A stretch of 64,000 nt of DNA, taken from assembly GCA_944390965.1 (NCBI GenBank), contig CALXRW010000002.1, positions 10,999 to 74,998 on the forward strand, given 5' to 3'. Numbering within the stretch: the stretch's first letter is position 1; each line of letters opens with the position of its first letter. Under the pieces are notes generated by a model. That model did not search any database. It was not told the DNA's origin and worked only from the letters and a program-made list of their open reading frames with translations. A program made the position numbers and the translations under genes. Below, piece after piece: positions 30,901 through 40,929 of the stretch. Source of the DNA: an uncultured Clostridia bacterium. Lineage in GTDB: Bacteria > Bacillota > Clostridia > TANB77 > CAG-508.

Positions 30901-32213
30901 TGAGGAACTATTTCAATATCATGAATAGAAATATTTGGTGTTTTTAATACTTGCTCCATCATATATTCAATTCTATGATGGATTGCATTTATTTCTTCAG
31001 ATGTAAATTTTTCTAATTGATAGTCATAGCAAATTTTAAGAATACCAGTATCATCTGTATCATAAATGTGGATATCTAAGCTATCAGAAATATGACCACA
31101 AAATGTCCAATTTGTTTCATAAGGAATTGATGAGTTTTTTGCATTATCCCTAGTATTTTGATAAGAAATAATTACATCATATAAATTATTTGAAATTTTA
31201 TATTTTTCTCGAACAAACTTTAATAGCTCTGTATATGAATATTTATGATGTTTAAAAACAGAAAAATGTGTAGATGTAACCAATTTCATTAAATCAGAAA
31301 AAGAAAGTTGATTAGCAAAAGAAATTTTAATAGGTAAAGTATTAATGAACATACCAATGGTATTTTTCTCCTTTATTCCTTTTCTATTTAAAAGAGGAGA
31401 GCCTATAATAATATCATCAATATTAGATATTTTGTGTAAATATAGAGAATAAATAGACATAAAGAAAGAAAATGGTGAAACTGAATTTTCTTTGCAAAAT
31501 GAAAGAATGTTTTTCGTGTTTTTAAGTTCGAATGTTTTTCTATTTGCTAATGTGCTTGTGGTTTTTTGGGGATTATTAGAAAAAGAAGACAAAGAAGGAA
31601 CAGAGGAAAAAGTATTTTCCCAAAATTCTTTATCTTTTATGTAAGAATTAGAATTGAAATATTCTTTTTCAGAATGTATATAATCAATATAAGAAGGTTC
31701 ATTCTCATATTTTGTATTTTCGCAATTAGAATCTAATAAATTACGATAAAATGTTACAATTTGATCTGCTAGTAAACTCATGCTCCATGCGTCACAAATA
31801 AGATGGTGTAAGCAAACAATGAATCCACCAGATTGGTCTGGAAATTCAAAGAAGCAAAAATGAAACAAAAATGAATTTTCAAGTTTAAATAAATGATGTG
31901 ACATTTCATTTTCTAAAGTTTGTAAATCCTTCTCAGAAGACACATTAATCTTTTCAATTTTAAAAGGTACAAATTCATCTAGATATTGGGAAGGGATTCC
32001 ATTTTCTAATTTTAACTTTAAGCGTAAAGAATCATTGTGAGAAACAAATAAATAAATTGCTTTTGTCAATAAATCAAAATCAACTTTTTCCTTCAAAAAA
32101 AGAGAACCACAAACATCAGAGATGGAAGTATTCTTACAGTATTGTTCTGTAAGCCATATCGATTTTTGAGGTTCTGTTAAATCATAAAAATTCTTTTCCA
32201 TTTTTACAATCAC
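27978..32213 (-). CDS. single-module nonribosomal peptide synthetase-like enzyme, C-A-T-R (condensation, adenylation, PCP, terminal thioester reductase)
   Basis: C-domain HHxxxDxxS (HHLICDAWS). A-domain cores LAYILYTSGSTGNPKG, FDFS, NGYGPTET and GELCISGVGV. PCP motif DDFFDDLGLDSL. R domain Rossmann fold LTGVTGFLGSHIL. Confidence 0.85.
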   Translation of the reverse strand: MIVKMEKNFYDLTEPQKSIWLTEQYCKNTSISDVCGSLFLKEKVDFDLLTKAIYLFVSHNDSLRLKLKLENGIPSQYLDEFVPFKIEKINVSSEKDLQTLENEMSHHLFKLENSFLFHFCFFEFPDQSGGFIVCLHHLICDAWSMSLLADQIVTFYRNLLDSNCENTKYENEPSYIDYIHSEKEYFNSNSYIKDKEFWENTFSSVPSLSSFSNNPQKTTSTLANRKTFELKNTKNILSFCKENSVSPFSFFMSIYSLYLHKISNIDDIIIGSPLLNRKGIKEKNTIGMFINTLPIKISFANQLSFSDLMKLVTSTHFSVFKHHKYSYTELLKFVREKYKISNNLYDVIISYQNTRDNAKNSSIPYETNWTFCGHISDSLDIHIYDTDDTGILKICYDYQLEKFTSEEINAIHHRIEYMMEQVLKTPNISIHDIEIVPHKEIELLNSFNNTYMDYPTKNNTLIELFEKQVKLTPNRTALKFKDKELSYQSLFYKVLKLANHLRTLGVTNNVPVCLLVDRSLEMVIAMLATLKAGGYYIAIDPYWPNDRIKYIIENSDSNILITSSKYVSNYENDFHCVIVENIPHFNDETYFTTNTTPEDLAYILYTSGSTGNPKGTLITNKNVVGLLNATYQNFHQTDKDIWTLFHTYTFDFSTWEIYGSLLYGSKLIIVPKEVTINPREFLKLVIEEKVTILNQTPAYFYKVIEQEKILNPQNLSVRYVILGGEAVQSTPLKYWKNKYPNIILYNGYGPTETTVFAIMCELTSDDINSDNIYIGYPISNYQIHILDKNLKMLPIGYDGEICISGVGVCNGYFKKDDLTKEKFIDTPYGHLYKSGDVGHFEQNGKIKYLGRNDNQIKIRGFRIELEEIEKQISLCSGVSKVAVIPVENKNYTKSLVGFFVSSIPNSTEFVTEEIRKHLTSYMIPKLYQVDDFPLNNNGKVDIKSLLNSVQYFNTSHKLVAPANEVEEDILSCLKTIVDINSISTEDDFFDDLGLDSLNIMELSTKLSKYNVEIQDINNCSSIQKLAKKILSHSEEIDNHLQPDVKIIDKDFKFNLQHVLLTGVTGFLGSHILYELLNCPSVAKIYCLIRKKDMISAEERFQNMIERYFSCFNIASLVHDKVVIIDGNFEKNHLGLDEKTYHNLCNTITTVIHSGANVRHYGKYEVFYKANVLATKNMIQFCQDSQASLAHISTVSVGGYCKISDQKSLSEYDINIQQNFKNHVYMITKYEAECLILKELSAGNINAKIFRLGNIMPRLSDGKFQINMHQNGFLSRLKTIVDAKAITKRIHDTTIDLSPVDLCAKAILTILKSPNKQTIYHICNDHLISMEDLTKASHINIFVVDDNTCINLIKEQNNPLSGHLINDIILKDYTETPTNNIRTIQLLHELNFHWNEIDQTYLRNLYNLISYI

Positions 32214-32418
32214 CTTTAAAATTTAATCTTATACTTTAGCTATTATATAAAAAAAAGAAACAAATGTATAGACTTTTTGATAAAAAAACAAAAAAAATAT
32301 AAATAAAATCGCGCAAAATGAGCAACTCACCAAGTTTCGACAAAAAACAAATGAAAAAAACATACTAGGAACTGTTTAAAGAATTATAAAATGGGAAAAA
32401 TGATTGTAAGAATAAAAT

Positions 32419-33570
32419 TTGAAAGGAATAGAGAAAATGCGATATAAACAAAAAGAAAATCATAAAATAAAAAAATTAATTACATTGTTAGGAATTATCA
32501 TTTTAGTAACTATTGCTACTATTATATTACATAATATGTATTTAGAAATTGAACCTTACCAATCTCCATTAGAAGAACAAATGCAAGTAGAAAGGTTAAG
32601 TACAACAGTAGAAGAAAAGAAAGAGGAAAGTAAAAAAATTGTAGAAGTGATAGAAGAAGTAAATGAAAGTATTGTAGGAATTTCCAAAATAAAAAGTAGT
32701 GGAAGTTCTATTTTTTCTGAAAACGGAATATCGGAATTGGGAATGGGAACAGGAGTCATTCTTTCAGAGGACGGATATATTCTTACCAATTGGCATGTGG
32801 CAGGAGAAAAATATAGTAATTGTTATATTACAATCGAAAATGGAAAAATATATAATGGTACTGTAATGTGGGCGGACAGCGATTTAGACTTGGCTATTGT
32901 AAAAATAGCAGCAAAAGGATTAACACCTATTAAAATTGGTGACTCTGCTCAAGTACAAGTAGCAGAAGCAGTATATGCAGTGGGAAATCCAATTGGATTT
33001 GAATTTCAAAAAACAGTTACTTCAGGTATCATTAGTGCAGTAGATAGGACGATAAAAATAGAAGAAGAAAATAAATTATCTTATATGGAAGACTTAATTC
33101 AAACAGATGCGAGTATAAACGAAGGAAATAGCGGAGGACCTTTAGTAAATGTGAATGGGGAGATGATAGGAATTACTACAATCAAAATTGCATCAGTAGA
33201 AGGAATTGGATTTGCAGTACCGATTAATACCATAAAACCTATTATTCAAAAATTCCTACAAACAGGAAAATTTGAAGAAGCCTTTATTGGTATCTATGGC
33301 TTTGACCGAGAAGTGATTCCTTATTTAAATGGAAATATAGAATTTGATTCTGGAATTTACGTAGACGAGGTATCTGTAAGCGGACCAAGCTATAAATCTG
33401 GTCTACAAGAAGGAGATATTATTACGCAAATTGATCAGGTTACTTTAAATAAAATGAGTGAATTAAGAAATTATATCTATCAAAAACAGCCAGGTGATAA
33501 TGTGACCTTAAAAGTATTGCGAAATCGTCGCGAAATAGAAATTAATATAACTTTAGGGAAAAGGGGATAA
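32419..33570 (+). CDS. HtrA/DegP-family serine protease with a C-terminal PDZ domain
   Basis: N-terminal TM anchor and a trypsin-like catalytic triad (H...D...GNSGGPL). Confidence 0.8.
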   Translation: MKGIEKMRYKQKENHKIKKLITLLGIIILVTIATIILHNMYLEIEPYQSPLEEQMQVERLSTTVEEKKEESKKIVEVIEEVNESIVGISKIKSSGSSIFSENGISELGMGTGVILSEDGYILTNWHVAGEKYSNCYITIENGKIYNGTVMWADSDLDLAIVKIAAKGLTPIKIGDSAQVQVAEAVYAVGNPIGFEFQKTVTSGIISAVDRTIKIEEENKLSYMEDLIQTDASINEGNSGGPLVNVNGEMIGITTIKIASVEGIGFAVPINTIKPIIQKFLQTGKFEEAFIGIYGFDREVIPYLNGNIEFDSGIYVDEVSVSGPSYKSGLQEGDIITQIDQVTLNKMSELRNYIYQKQPGDNVTLKVLRNRREIEINITLGKRG

Positions 33571-33629
33571 AATATTTACTATTTTTTTAACTTATGTTAT
33601 ACTGAAAAAGAATTAGGAGGAGGGAACCA

Positions 33630-34814
33630 GTGAAAGAAATTAATATAACAGAACAAATAAAATATATAGGAGTAGATGACAAAACCATTGACTTATTTGA
33701 AGGACAATATGTGGTACCTAATGGTATTTCCTATAATTCTTATCTAATAAAGGATGAAAAAAATGTAATCATGGATACCGTGGATAAAAGAGCTACAGAG
33801 GAATGGTTTAAAAACTTAGAAAAAGAATTAGAAAATGAAAAACCAGATTATATTGTGGTATCACACATGGAGCCAGATCATGCTGCTAATATTCAAAAAC
33901 TTACAGAAAAATATCCAGATATAAAAATAATAGGAAACGAAAAAACATTTACTTTTATTCAACAATTCTTTGATATTCAAAAATTAGAAGAAAGAAAAAT
34001 TGTAGTAAAAGAAGGAGACACGATATCCACAGGGAAACATACTTTGCAATTTTTTATGGCTCCAATGGTTCATTGGCCAGAAGTAATGGTAACCTATGAA
34101 CAAACAGAAAAAATACTATTTACAGCAGATGGATTCGGAAAATTTGGGACCTTAGATACTGATGAAGAATGGACATGTGAAGCAAGAAGATATTATTTTA
34201 ATATTGTAGGAAAATATGGAGTACAAGTGCAACAATTGTTAAAGAAAGCAACAAATTTAGATATTAAGATTATTTGCCCATTACATGGACCAATTTTAAA
34301 AGACAACTTATCTTTTTATGTTCAAAAATATGACATATGGAGTAAATATGAACCAGAGGACGAGGGCGTACTCATTGCTTATGCATCTATTTATGGACAT
34401 ACCAAAGAAGCGGCAGAGGAAATGGTAAGTATTTTAAAAGAAAAAGGAGTAGAAAAAATAGCTATAACAGACTTAGCAAGAGATGATATGGCAGAAGCAA
34501 TAGAAGATGCTTTCCGTTATGATAAAATGATATTGGCAGCATCTAGTTACAATATGGGGGTATTTCCTTTTATGGAACAATTTCTACATCATTTACAAGG
34601 AAAGAACTTCCAAAATAGAAAAGTAGGAATCATAGAAAATGGAACATGGGCACCATCTGCTGGAAGATGCATGAGAGAAATATTAGAAAAGATGAAAAAT
34701 ATAGGAATTTGTCCAACCGTTGTGACAATCAGGTCTAAAATGAATGAACAAAATAAAAAAGAAATGCAACAATTAGCAGAAGAAATGATAGGAGGTGATA
34801 ATAATGAAATATAG
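33630..34814 (+). CDS. flavodiiron protein (FprA / rubredoxin:oxygen oxidoreductase type; MBL fold plus flavodoxin)
   Basis: Diiron motif [12 protein letters not shown], a C-terminal flavodoxin-like domain, and a rubredoxin gene immediately downstream. Confidence 0.8.
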   Translation: MKEINITEQIKYIGVDDKTIDLFEGQYVVPNGISYNSYLIKDEKNVIMDTVDKRATEEWFKNLEKELENEKPDYIVVSHMEPDHAANIQKLTEKYPDIKIIGNEKTFTFIQQFFDIQKLEERKIVVKEGDTISTGKHTLQFFMAPMVHWPEVMVTYEQTEKILFTADGFGKFGTLDTDEEWTCEARRYYFNIVGKYGVQVQQLLKKATNLDIKIICPLHGPILKDNLSFYVQKYDIWSKYEPEDEGVLIAYASIYGHTKEAAEEMVSILKEKGVEKIAITDLARDDMAEAIEDAFRYDKMILAASSYNMGVFPFMEQFLHHLQGKNFQNRKVGIIENGTWAPSAGRCMREILEKMKNIGICPTVVTIRSKMNEQNKKEMQQLAEEMIGGDNNEI

Positions 34815-34941
34815 ATGTATTGCTTGTGGATATATTTATGATGAAGAAGCTGAAGGAGTAAAATTTGAAGACTTACCAGACGATTGGGCATGCCCAATAT
34901 GTGGAGTAGGAAAAGATATGTTTGAGGAAGTAAAAGAATAA
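34804..34941 (+). CDS. rubredoxin (45 aa). Not in the ORF track. Overlaps the fprA stop by 11 nt.
   Basis: [45 protein letters not shown] has the CxxCG...CPxCG rubredoxin signature. Confidence 0.85.
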   Translation: MKYRCIACGYIYDEEAEGVKFEDLPDDWACPICGVGKDMFEEVKE

Positions 34942-34950
34942 AAATAAAAT

Positions 34951-35030
34951 GACGGAGCTTTTATCTTAATAGTACAACTAACATTATTTGTAATTTGTTT
35001 TTACTAAGATAAAAGCTCTGTCTCTCTGTC
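34951..35030 (+). repeat. hairpin repeat family B (arms ACGGAGCTTTTRTCTTAA, conserved loop AACTAACATTATTTGT), copy 1. Likely also acts as a terminator.
   Basis: GACGGAGCTTTTATCTTAA...AACTAACATTATTTGT...TTAAGATAAAAGCTCTGTC. Related copies lie at 41296, 43237 and 48190. Confidence 0.7.
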
Positions 35031-35045
35031 TAGTCCCTCTGTTTA

Positions 35046-35110
35046 ATTTATGAAAAAAATGTAGGGTGCGATTAAAATCGCTCGTTCTTCGAAGAAATTA
35101 CTTAAAACAA
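35046..35110 (+). repeat. repeat family A, copy 4
   Basis: TGAAAAAAATGTAGGGTGCGATTAAAATCGCTCGTTCTTCGAAGAAATTACTTAAAACAA. Confidence 0.75.
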
Positions 35111-35132
35111 TATTATACAGGAGAGAATTTTT

Positions 35133-36704
35133 ATGAAAAAAATTTATTATAATGGGAAATTTATAACACTAGAACCAGAAGAATGTGAAGCAATATTCAT
35201 TCAAGATAAAATAATAAAAAAAGTAGGAAGTAAACAAGATATTTTTGCTTTCCAAGATAAAGATACGCAGATAATTGATTTAAAAGGAAAAACAATCATG
35301 CCATCTTTTATAGATAGCCATAGTCATTTTATTGCAGTAGCCAACGGATTTTTACAGGTATCTCTTAAAGAATGTTCTAATATGAAAGAAATAGAAATAA
35401 AATTACAAGAATTTATGAGCCAAAATAAAATAGGTGAACATGATTGGATTATGGCAAGCGGTTATGATCAAAATCAGTTACAAGAAAAGGAACATATTAC
35501 AAAAGATAGATTAGATAAAATAATAGAAAATAACCCAGTTGTATTAAAGCACACATCAGAACATGCAGGTGTATTTAATACAAAAGCTTTAGAAATATTA
35601 GGAATAACATCAAAAACCTTAGCTCCAGCAGGTGGAAAAATAGAACAAAAAGAGGGAGAATTAACAGGTCTTTTAGAAGAAAATGCTTTTATTGAATATA
35701 TTAAAAAAGTTCCTATGCCAAATGAAAAAGCCTTATTAAATGCCTGTATAAAAGCACAACAAAAATATTTATCTTATGGAATTACAACCATACAAGAAGG
35801 AATGCTAACAAAAGAACTTATTCCCATTTATCAGGATTTATTAGAAAGTCAAGAATTAAAAGTAGACTTGGTAGCTTATATGGATATGAAAATAAAAGAA
35901 AGTGTAAAAAAAATATTTGCAAAACATATGAAATCATATGAAAAAAATATGAAAATAGGCGGATATAAAATATTTTTAGACGGTTCACCTCAATTAAAAA
36001 CAGCATGGTTAAGGAAACCATATAAAGAGGAAAAAAATTATTGTGGATACCCTACAATGACAGATGAGCAAATAGAAAAAGCAATAGAAGAGACTAAAAA
36101 AGAAAACATGCAGATATTAGCACATTGCAATGGAGATAAAGCAGCAGAACAATTTATCCATGCGATAAAAAAACAAGGGAAAGCAATGATTCCTTTACGA
36201 CCAGTTATGATTCATGCACAATTATTGGGATTAGACCAATTAGAAGAAGTAAAAGAATATGGCATAATACCATCTTTTTTTGTAGCACATACGTATTACT
36301 GGGGGGATGTACACATTGAAAATCTTGGAATCGAAAGAGCAAGAAAAATAAGTCCTGCCAATAGTGCATTAAAACAAGAAATTCTATTTACATTTCATCA
36401 AGATGCTCCAGTTATAGAACCTAATATGTTCGAAACAATATGGTGTGCAGTAAAAAGAAAAACAAAAAATGGTAAAATCTTAGGAGAAGAAGAACGAATT
36501 CCTTTAATAGAAGCTATAAAAGCTGTTACTATCAATGCTGCTTACCAATATTTTGAGGAAAATGAAAAAGGAAGCATAAAGGAAGGGAAATTAGCAAATT
36601 TTATTATTATAGATAAAAATCCATTTGAAGTAGAAACAGATGAGATAAAAAATATACAAATTTTAGAAACAATAAAAGAAGGAGAAACTCTATGGAAAAA
36701 CTAA
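35133..36704 (+). CDS. amidohydrolase-family metal-dependent hydrolase (amidohydro_3-like)
   Basis: N-terminal HSH metal-binding motif (DSHSHF) in a 523-aa protein. Confidence 0.65.
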   Translation: MKKIYYNGKFITLEPEECEAIFIQDKIIKKVGSKQDIFAFQDKDTQIIDLKGKTIMPSFIDSHSHFIAVANGFLQVSLKECSNMKEIEIKLQEFMSQNKIGEHDWIMASGYDQNQLQEKEHITKDRLDKIIENNPVVLKHTSEHAGVFNTKALEILGITSKTLAPAGGKIEQKEGELTGLLEENAFIEYIKKVPMPNEKALLNACIKAQQKYLSYGITTIQEGMLTKELIPIYQDLLESQELKVDLVAYMDMKIKESVKKIFAKHMKSYEKNMKIGGYKIFLDGSPQLKTAWLRKPYKEEKNYCGYPTMTDEQIEKAIEETKKENMQILAHCNGDKAAEQFIHAIKKQGKAMIPLRPVMIHAQLLGLDQLEEVKEYGIIPSFFVAHTYYWGDVHIENLGIERARKISPANSALKQEILFTFHQDAPVIEPNMFETIWCAVKRKTKNGKILGEEERIPLIEAIKAVTINAAYQYFEENEKGSIKEGKLANFIIIDKNPFEVETDEIKNIQILETIKEGETLWKN

Positions 36705-36719
36705 ATAGAAGCAAATATA

Positions 36720-36753
36720 AAGACGGAACTTTTTAAGCTCCGTCTTAGTTTTT
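36720..36753 (+). terminator. bidirectional rho-independent terminator between convergent genes
   Basis: AGACGGA-ACTTTTTAAGC-TCCGTCT followed by a T run. Confidence 0.6.
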
Positions 36754-36770
36754 GACTAAATTGTCTTATT

Positions 36771-37193
36771 TCATTCTTCATAATTGGTTACAGAGACTTC
36801 ACCTTCTGATGTTAAAGTAAAAATATAGGTTTCCTCATTATAAACAAGAGTACCTTCTAAAGTATTATCATTCCAAGTAAAAGAATTTAGAACAGCATCA
36901 GTTAAATTTTCTTGTAATTTTTCTTGTGTGCAGTAATCTGCAAAAGTTAATGAAGAATCCGTAGCAGATTCAACTAAAAAATCTGCTTGAACAGCTGCAT
37001 ATGCAATATCTAGTTTTTCTTTTACTTCTATTTGTGCTAATTCTGTATTAGCAGAAGGAGTTGGCGCTTGTGTATTACTGCTATTAGCATTTGTATTGGT
37101 ATTATCAGAACCACAGCCAGTTAATGTAAATAGTAATACAACAAAAAGTATTAAAAATACTGCCATAAAAGTTTTCTTTTTCATTTCATTCAC
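36771..37193 (-). CDS. putative lipoprotein
   Basis: Signal peptide with a lipobox LTGCGSD in a 140-aa protein. Confidence 0.5.
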   Translation of the reverse strand: MNEMKKKTFMAVFLILFVVLLFTLTGCGSDNTNTNANSSNTQAPTPSANTELAQIEVKEKLDIAYAAVQADFLVESATDSSLTFADYCTQEKLQENLTDAVLNSFTWNDNTLEGTLVYNEETYIFTLTSEGEVSVTNYEE

Positions 37194-37322
37194 CTCCTAA
37201 ATGAAACTTTAATTATAAAATGATTATATATAAAAAAAACGATTTTGTAAATTATATATCATGCAAAAAAGGTATATTATGATTAAAAATTTATAAAATA
37301 TTAATAAGGGAGGGTTATACTT

Positions 37323-37781
37323 ATGGAAAAATTAAAAATATATGCAAAATCTATTTTAATTCCAGTAATTATTGGTGGAATTGTAGGAATTTTAATTTCA
37401 AACTATATTGACTATGATTCTTTGATAAAACCATTTCTTGCACCACCAAGCATAGTATTTCCTATCATGTGGACGATTTTATATATACTGATGGGGATAT
37501 CTTATGGAATACTTAAGAGCAAAAATTTGTTAAATTCAGAAATAAAATGGATATATTATTTACAATTATTTGTAAATGCCATGTGGTCCATTATCTTTTT
37601 TATATGGAAATGGAGATTTTTCGCTTTTCTATGGATTATCCTATTAGATGTTCTTGTCATTATTTTGATAATTAAATTTTATCAAAAAAATAAAATATCT
37701 GGATTACTCCAAATACCATATTTATTATGGACACTATTTGCCTCTTATTTAAATTTATCAATATATTTATTAAATAAATAA
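37323..37781 (+). CDS. tspO: TspO/MBR family tryptophan-rich sensory protein
   Basis: Five TM helices and Trp-rich TspO motifs in a 152-aa protein. Confidence 0.7.
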   Translation: MEKLKIYAKSILIPVIIGGIVGILISNYIDYDSLIKPFLAPPSIVFPIMWTILYILMGISYGILKSKNLLNSEIKWIYYLQLFVNAMWSIIFFIWKWRFFAFLWIILLDVLVIILIIKFYQKNKISGLLQIPYLLWTLFASYLNLSIYLLNK

Positions 37782-37937
37782 TGGACTCATAAAGAGGAAT
37801 AGGGTATTAAAAAATATTTATAGAAACAAAGTGTTTTGATGCACTTTGTTTTTTATTGTAAAATATTAGAATAAAACATTGAAAAAGACATAAAATAATG
37901 ATAAAATTATGATAACAAAATTTAAGGAGGAAGTAAT

Positions 37938-38228
37938 ATGATTAATATAAGACCAGTATCAGATTTAAGAAATAAATATCCTGAAATTGAGGAATTAGTT
38001 TTAAAAGAAGATGAAGCAGTTTATCTAACAAAAAATGGATATGGCTCTATGGTAGTAATGAGTTTAGAAAAATATTCAAAATTAATGAGTGATGCAGAAT
38101 ATAATGAGTATATTGAAAATGCACTAGATGAGGCTGATAGAGAAGCAGAAAATCCAAACACAAAATACTATACTCATGAAGAAGTTTTTGGAAAAATAAG
38201 GAGAAAGATTGAGGGAAAAAAAATATAA
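37938..38228 (+). CDS. type II antitoxin, Phd/YefM family
   Basis: 96-aa protein with a YefM-like N-terminus. It overlaps the downstream toxin gene by 20 nt. Confidence 0.7.
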   Translation: MINIRPVSDLRNKYPEIEELVLKEDEAVYLTKNGYGSMVVMSLEKYSKLMSDAEYNEYIENALDEADREAENPNTKYYTHEEVFGKIRRKIEGKKI

Positions 38229-38523
38229 AATAAAATATCTTCCTTTATTTTACAATGATCTAGACAAAATTATTGATTATATTATGTATAAATTAAATAA
38301 TGCAATAGCATCCAATAATTTTGTTAATGAATTAGAAAATGAAATAAATAAAAGGGCTTATAATCCGGAGGCTTATGAAGAATATATATCAACTAGGAAA
38401 AGACAAAATACTTATTACACAATTTATGTAAAAAATTACACTATTTTTTACACAGTAAAAGATAACACTATGGAAGTTAGAAGAATTTTATATTCAAGAA
38501 GAAATTTCGATAAATTAATCTAA
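38209..38523 (+). CDS. type II toxin, RelE/ParE family
   Basis: 104-aa basic protein, translationally coupled to the Phd/YefM gene. The YTIFYTVKDNTMEVRRILY C-terminus is typical of ParE/RelE. Confidence 0.65.
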   Translation: MREKKYKIKYLPLFYNDLDKIIDYIMYKLNNAIASNNFVNELENEINKRAYNPEAYEEYISTRKRQNTYYTIYVKNYTIFYTVKDNTMEVRRILYSRRNFDKLI

Positions 38524-38682
38524 ATTTTAATTTAAGTATATATAAAAACTTGGAATAAAGCTATTGAGAAAAAAATATTTTTTTGATATAAATATTATAA
38601 TTAAAAATTAATGAAAATTAGTTTATCAGATATATGCTTGAATAAGTCTATCACAAAAGAATACTAGGAAATGAGGTAAATT

Positions 38683-40929
38683 ATGATAATACAAGGAAAA
38701 CCAGAATTAGGATTACAAAAACATCAACAAGCTGCCTATCAATCTGTTCAAAATGCTTATGAAACTAAAAACAAAGCATCAGTTGTACTTCCTACTGGAT
38801 GTGGTAAATCATTTATAGCATTACAACTTATGGAAGATAATAAAGATAAAAGAATTTTATTTATGGCACCTACTAATGCAATTAGAAATCAAATGTATAA
38901 CTATATTGCTAAATACATAGTTGGAGAAGAACCATCTAGCAACAGACCAGCAAAAATGATAGCGGATGAATATTTTTCAAATTTTAGAATAATGCTTTAT
39001 CCAGCTTTATTAAGAGTAACCGATGATCAAATAGAAAGGTTAAATGCTGATATTATAATTATGGATGAATTACACAGAACTGGTGCAGACAGATGGGGAG
39101 AAAAAGTTAATACTTTATTAGAACAAAATCCAAATGCTAAAATTTTAGGCTTAACAGCAACCCCAGATAGGATGGATGATAAAAATGTTATTGATGAGTT
39201 ATTTGAAGGTAATATTGATTATGAATTAACTTTAGTAGATGCATTAAGAGAGGAAATTGTAAAAGCACCTACCTATGTAAAATGTGATTATGCTTTGGGT
39301 GAATATTTGGAGGGAATAAGAACTGCAATATCAAATTGTAACGATGAGCAAGAGAAAAAGGGACTACAAATTAAATATGATAAAATGAGAAGAATAGTAG
39401 ATCAAGCTGATGGAATACCAGAATTACTTGCAAAAAACATAAAAAAGAAAGATGGGAAATATATTATTTTTTGCAAAGATAAAGCACATATGGATGAATT
39501 AATTGATAAAGCAAAAGAATGGTTTAGTTCTATTGATGATAATCCGGAAATATATTCAGTTTATTCTGGGGAAGGATATACAGAAAAAGATAATAAAAAA
39601 AGCATTGAAAATTTTAAAAATTCAAAATCTGATCATTTAAAATTATTATTTTCTATTGAAATGTTAAATGAAGGTCTACATCTTGAAGATATTTCTGGTG
39701 TAATAATGACAAGAACAACTGATTCAAGGATAATCTATTTACAACAACTAGGTAGAGCATTATCTTCAGACACTTCAAGAGAAAAAACAATAGTCTTTGA
39801 TTTAGTAAATAATTATTTAAAAAACAACTTAGATGTAGAAATTAATAGAAAAACCAATAGAACACATCATAGAAGTGAAGATAGTATTGATGGACATGAA
39901 GAAGATATTCAAGGTCGTATAAAAGATATAGATATTTTTAGAATACAAGGAGAAACCAAAGAATTTTTAGAATTATTAAATGAAGTACAGGAAATTATAG
40001 ATAGAAATAGCTATTTAACTAATGCAAGAGCAATTAAGGAATGGATAGAACAATCTGGAGGAACAAAGCCACCATCCTCAATCTCTGAAAATAAAGAAGA
40101 AAAAAGACTCGGAACTGCCTTGTCTACTATTAGACAAAATCTTATAAAACCATATATGAGATTAGAAACAGAAGAGGAAAGAGAAAATTTTAGAAAAAAA
40201 TACCCAGAAATTGATGAAATAATTGAAATAATAGAAGAAATAGATAAAAATAATATTTCACCATACTTATCAAATGCAAGAGCAATTAGGGAATGGATAG
40301 AAAAATCTGGAGGAACAAAGCCACCAAGTTCAAAATCTAAAAATGAAGAAGAAAAAAGACTCGGAAGAGCCTTGGGAGCTATTAGATACAAGCTTATAAA
40401 ATCTTATAAGATATTAGAAACAGAAGAGGAAAGAGAAAATTTTAGAAAAAAACACCCAGAAATTGACGAAATAATTGAAATAATAGAAGAAATAGATAAA
40501 AATAATATGTCACCATACTTATCAAATGCAAGAGCAATTAAGGAATGGATAGAAAAATCTGGAGGAAAAAAGCCACCAAATTCAAAATCTAAAAATGAAG
40601 AAGAAAAAAGACTCGGAACTGCCTTGAGCGATATTAGACAAAGACTTATAAAACCTTATAAGATATTAGAAACAGAAGAGGAAAGAGAAGAGTTTAGAAA
40701 AAAACACCCAGAAATTGATGAAGTCTTAAATATTATAAGCGAGTTAGATATGCAATATGGAACTCAAAAGCAAAAAGAACTTGCTATTTTAATAAGACAA
40801 GATTTAGAAAAAAGGAAAGCATTGCAAGAAGCAAGAAAATTAGAACAAGATTATGAACATCAATTATCAAATAAAATAGGAGAAATAACTAATAATACTC
40901 AAAACCAAGGAGTAAATTATGATGAATAA
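38683..40929 (+). CDS. SF2 (DEAD/DEAH-like, res-subunit type) helicase with three tandem C-terminal helicase-associated (HA) domain repeats
   Basis: Motif I LPTGCGKSF, motif II MDELHRT, motif VI QQLGRALS. Three roughly 80-aa repeats of the form NARAIKEWIE.SGG.KPP.S...EEKRLG.AL..IR..LIKPY..LETEEERE.FRKK.PEIDE. Confidence 0.75.
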   Translation: MIIQGKPELGLQKHQQAAYQSVQNAYETKNKASVVLPTGCGKSFIALQLMEDNKDKRILFMAPTNAIRNQMYNYIAKYIVGEEPSSNRPAKMIADEYFSNFRIMLYPALLRVTDDQIERLNADIIIMDELHRTGADRWGEKVNTLLEQNPNAKILGLTATPDRMDDKNVIDELFEGNIDYELTLVDALREEIVKAPTYVKCDYALGEYLEGIRTAISNCNDEQEKKGLQIKYDKMRRIVDQADGIPELLAKNIKKKDGKYIIFCKDKAHMDELIDKAKEWFSSIDDNPEIYSVYSGEGYTEKDNKKSIENFKNSKSDHLKLLFSIEMLNEGLHLEDISGVIMTRTTDSRIIYLQQLGRALSSDTSREKTIVFDLVNNYLKNNLDVEINRKTNRTHHRSEDSIDGHEEDIQGRIKDIDIFRIQGETKEFLELLNEVQEIIDRNSYLTNARAIKEWIEQSGGTKPPSSISENKEEKRLGTALSTIRQNLIKPYMRLETEEERENFRKKYPEIDEIIEIIEEIDKNNISPYLSNARAIREWIEKSGGTKPPSSKSKNEEEKRLGRALGAIRYKLIKSYKILETEEERENFRKKHPEIDEIIEIIEEIDKNNMSPYLSNARAIKEWIEKSGGKKPPNSKSKNEEEKRLGTALSDIRQRLIKPYKILETEEEREEFRKKHPEIDEVLNIISELDMQYGTQKQKELAILIRQDLEKRKALQEARKLEQDYEHQLSNKIGEITNNTQNQGVNYDE

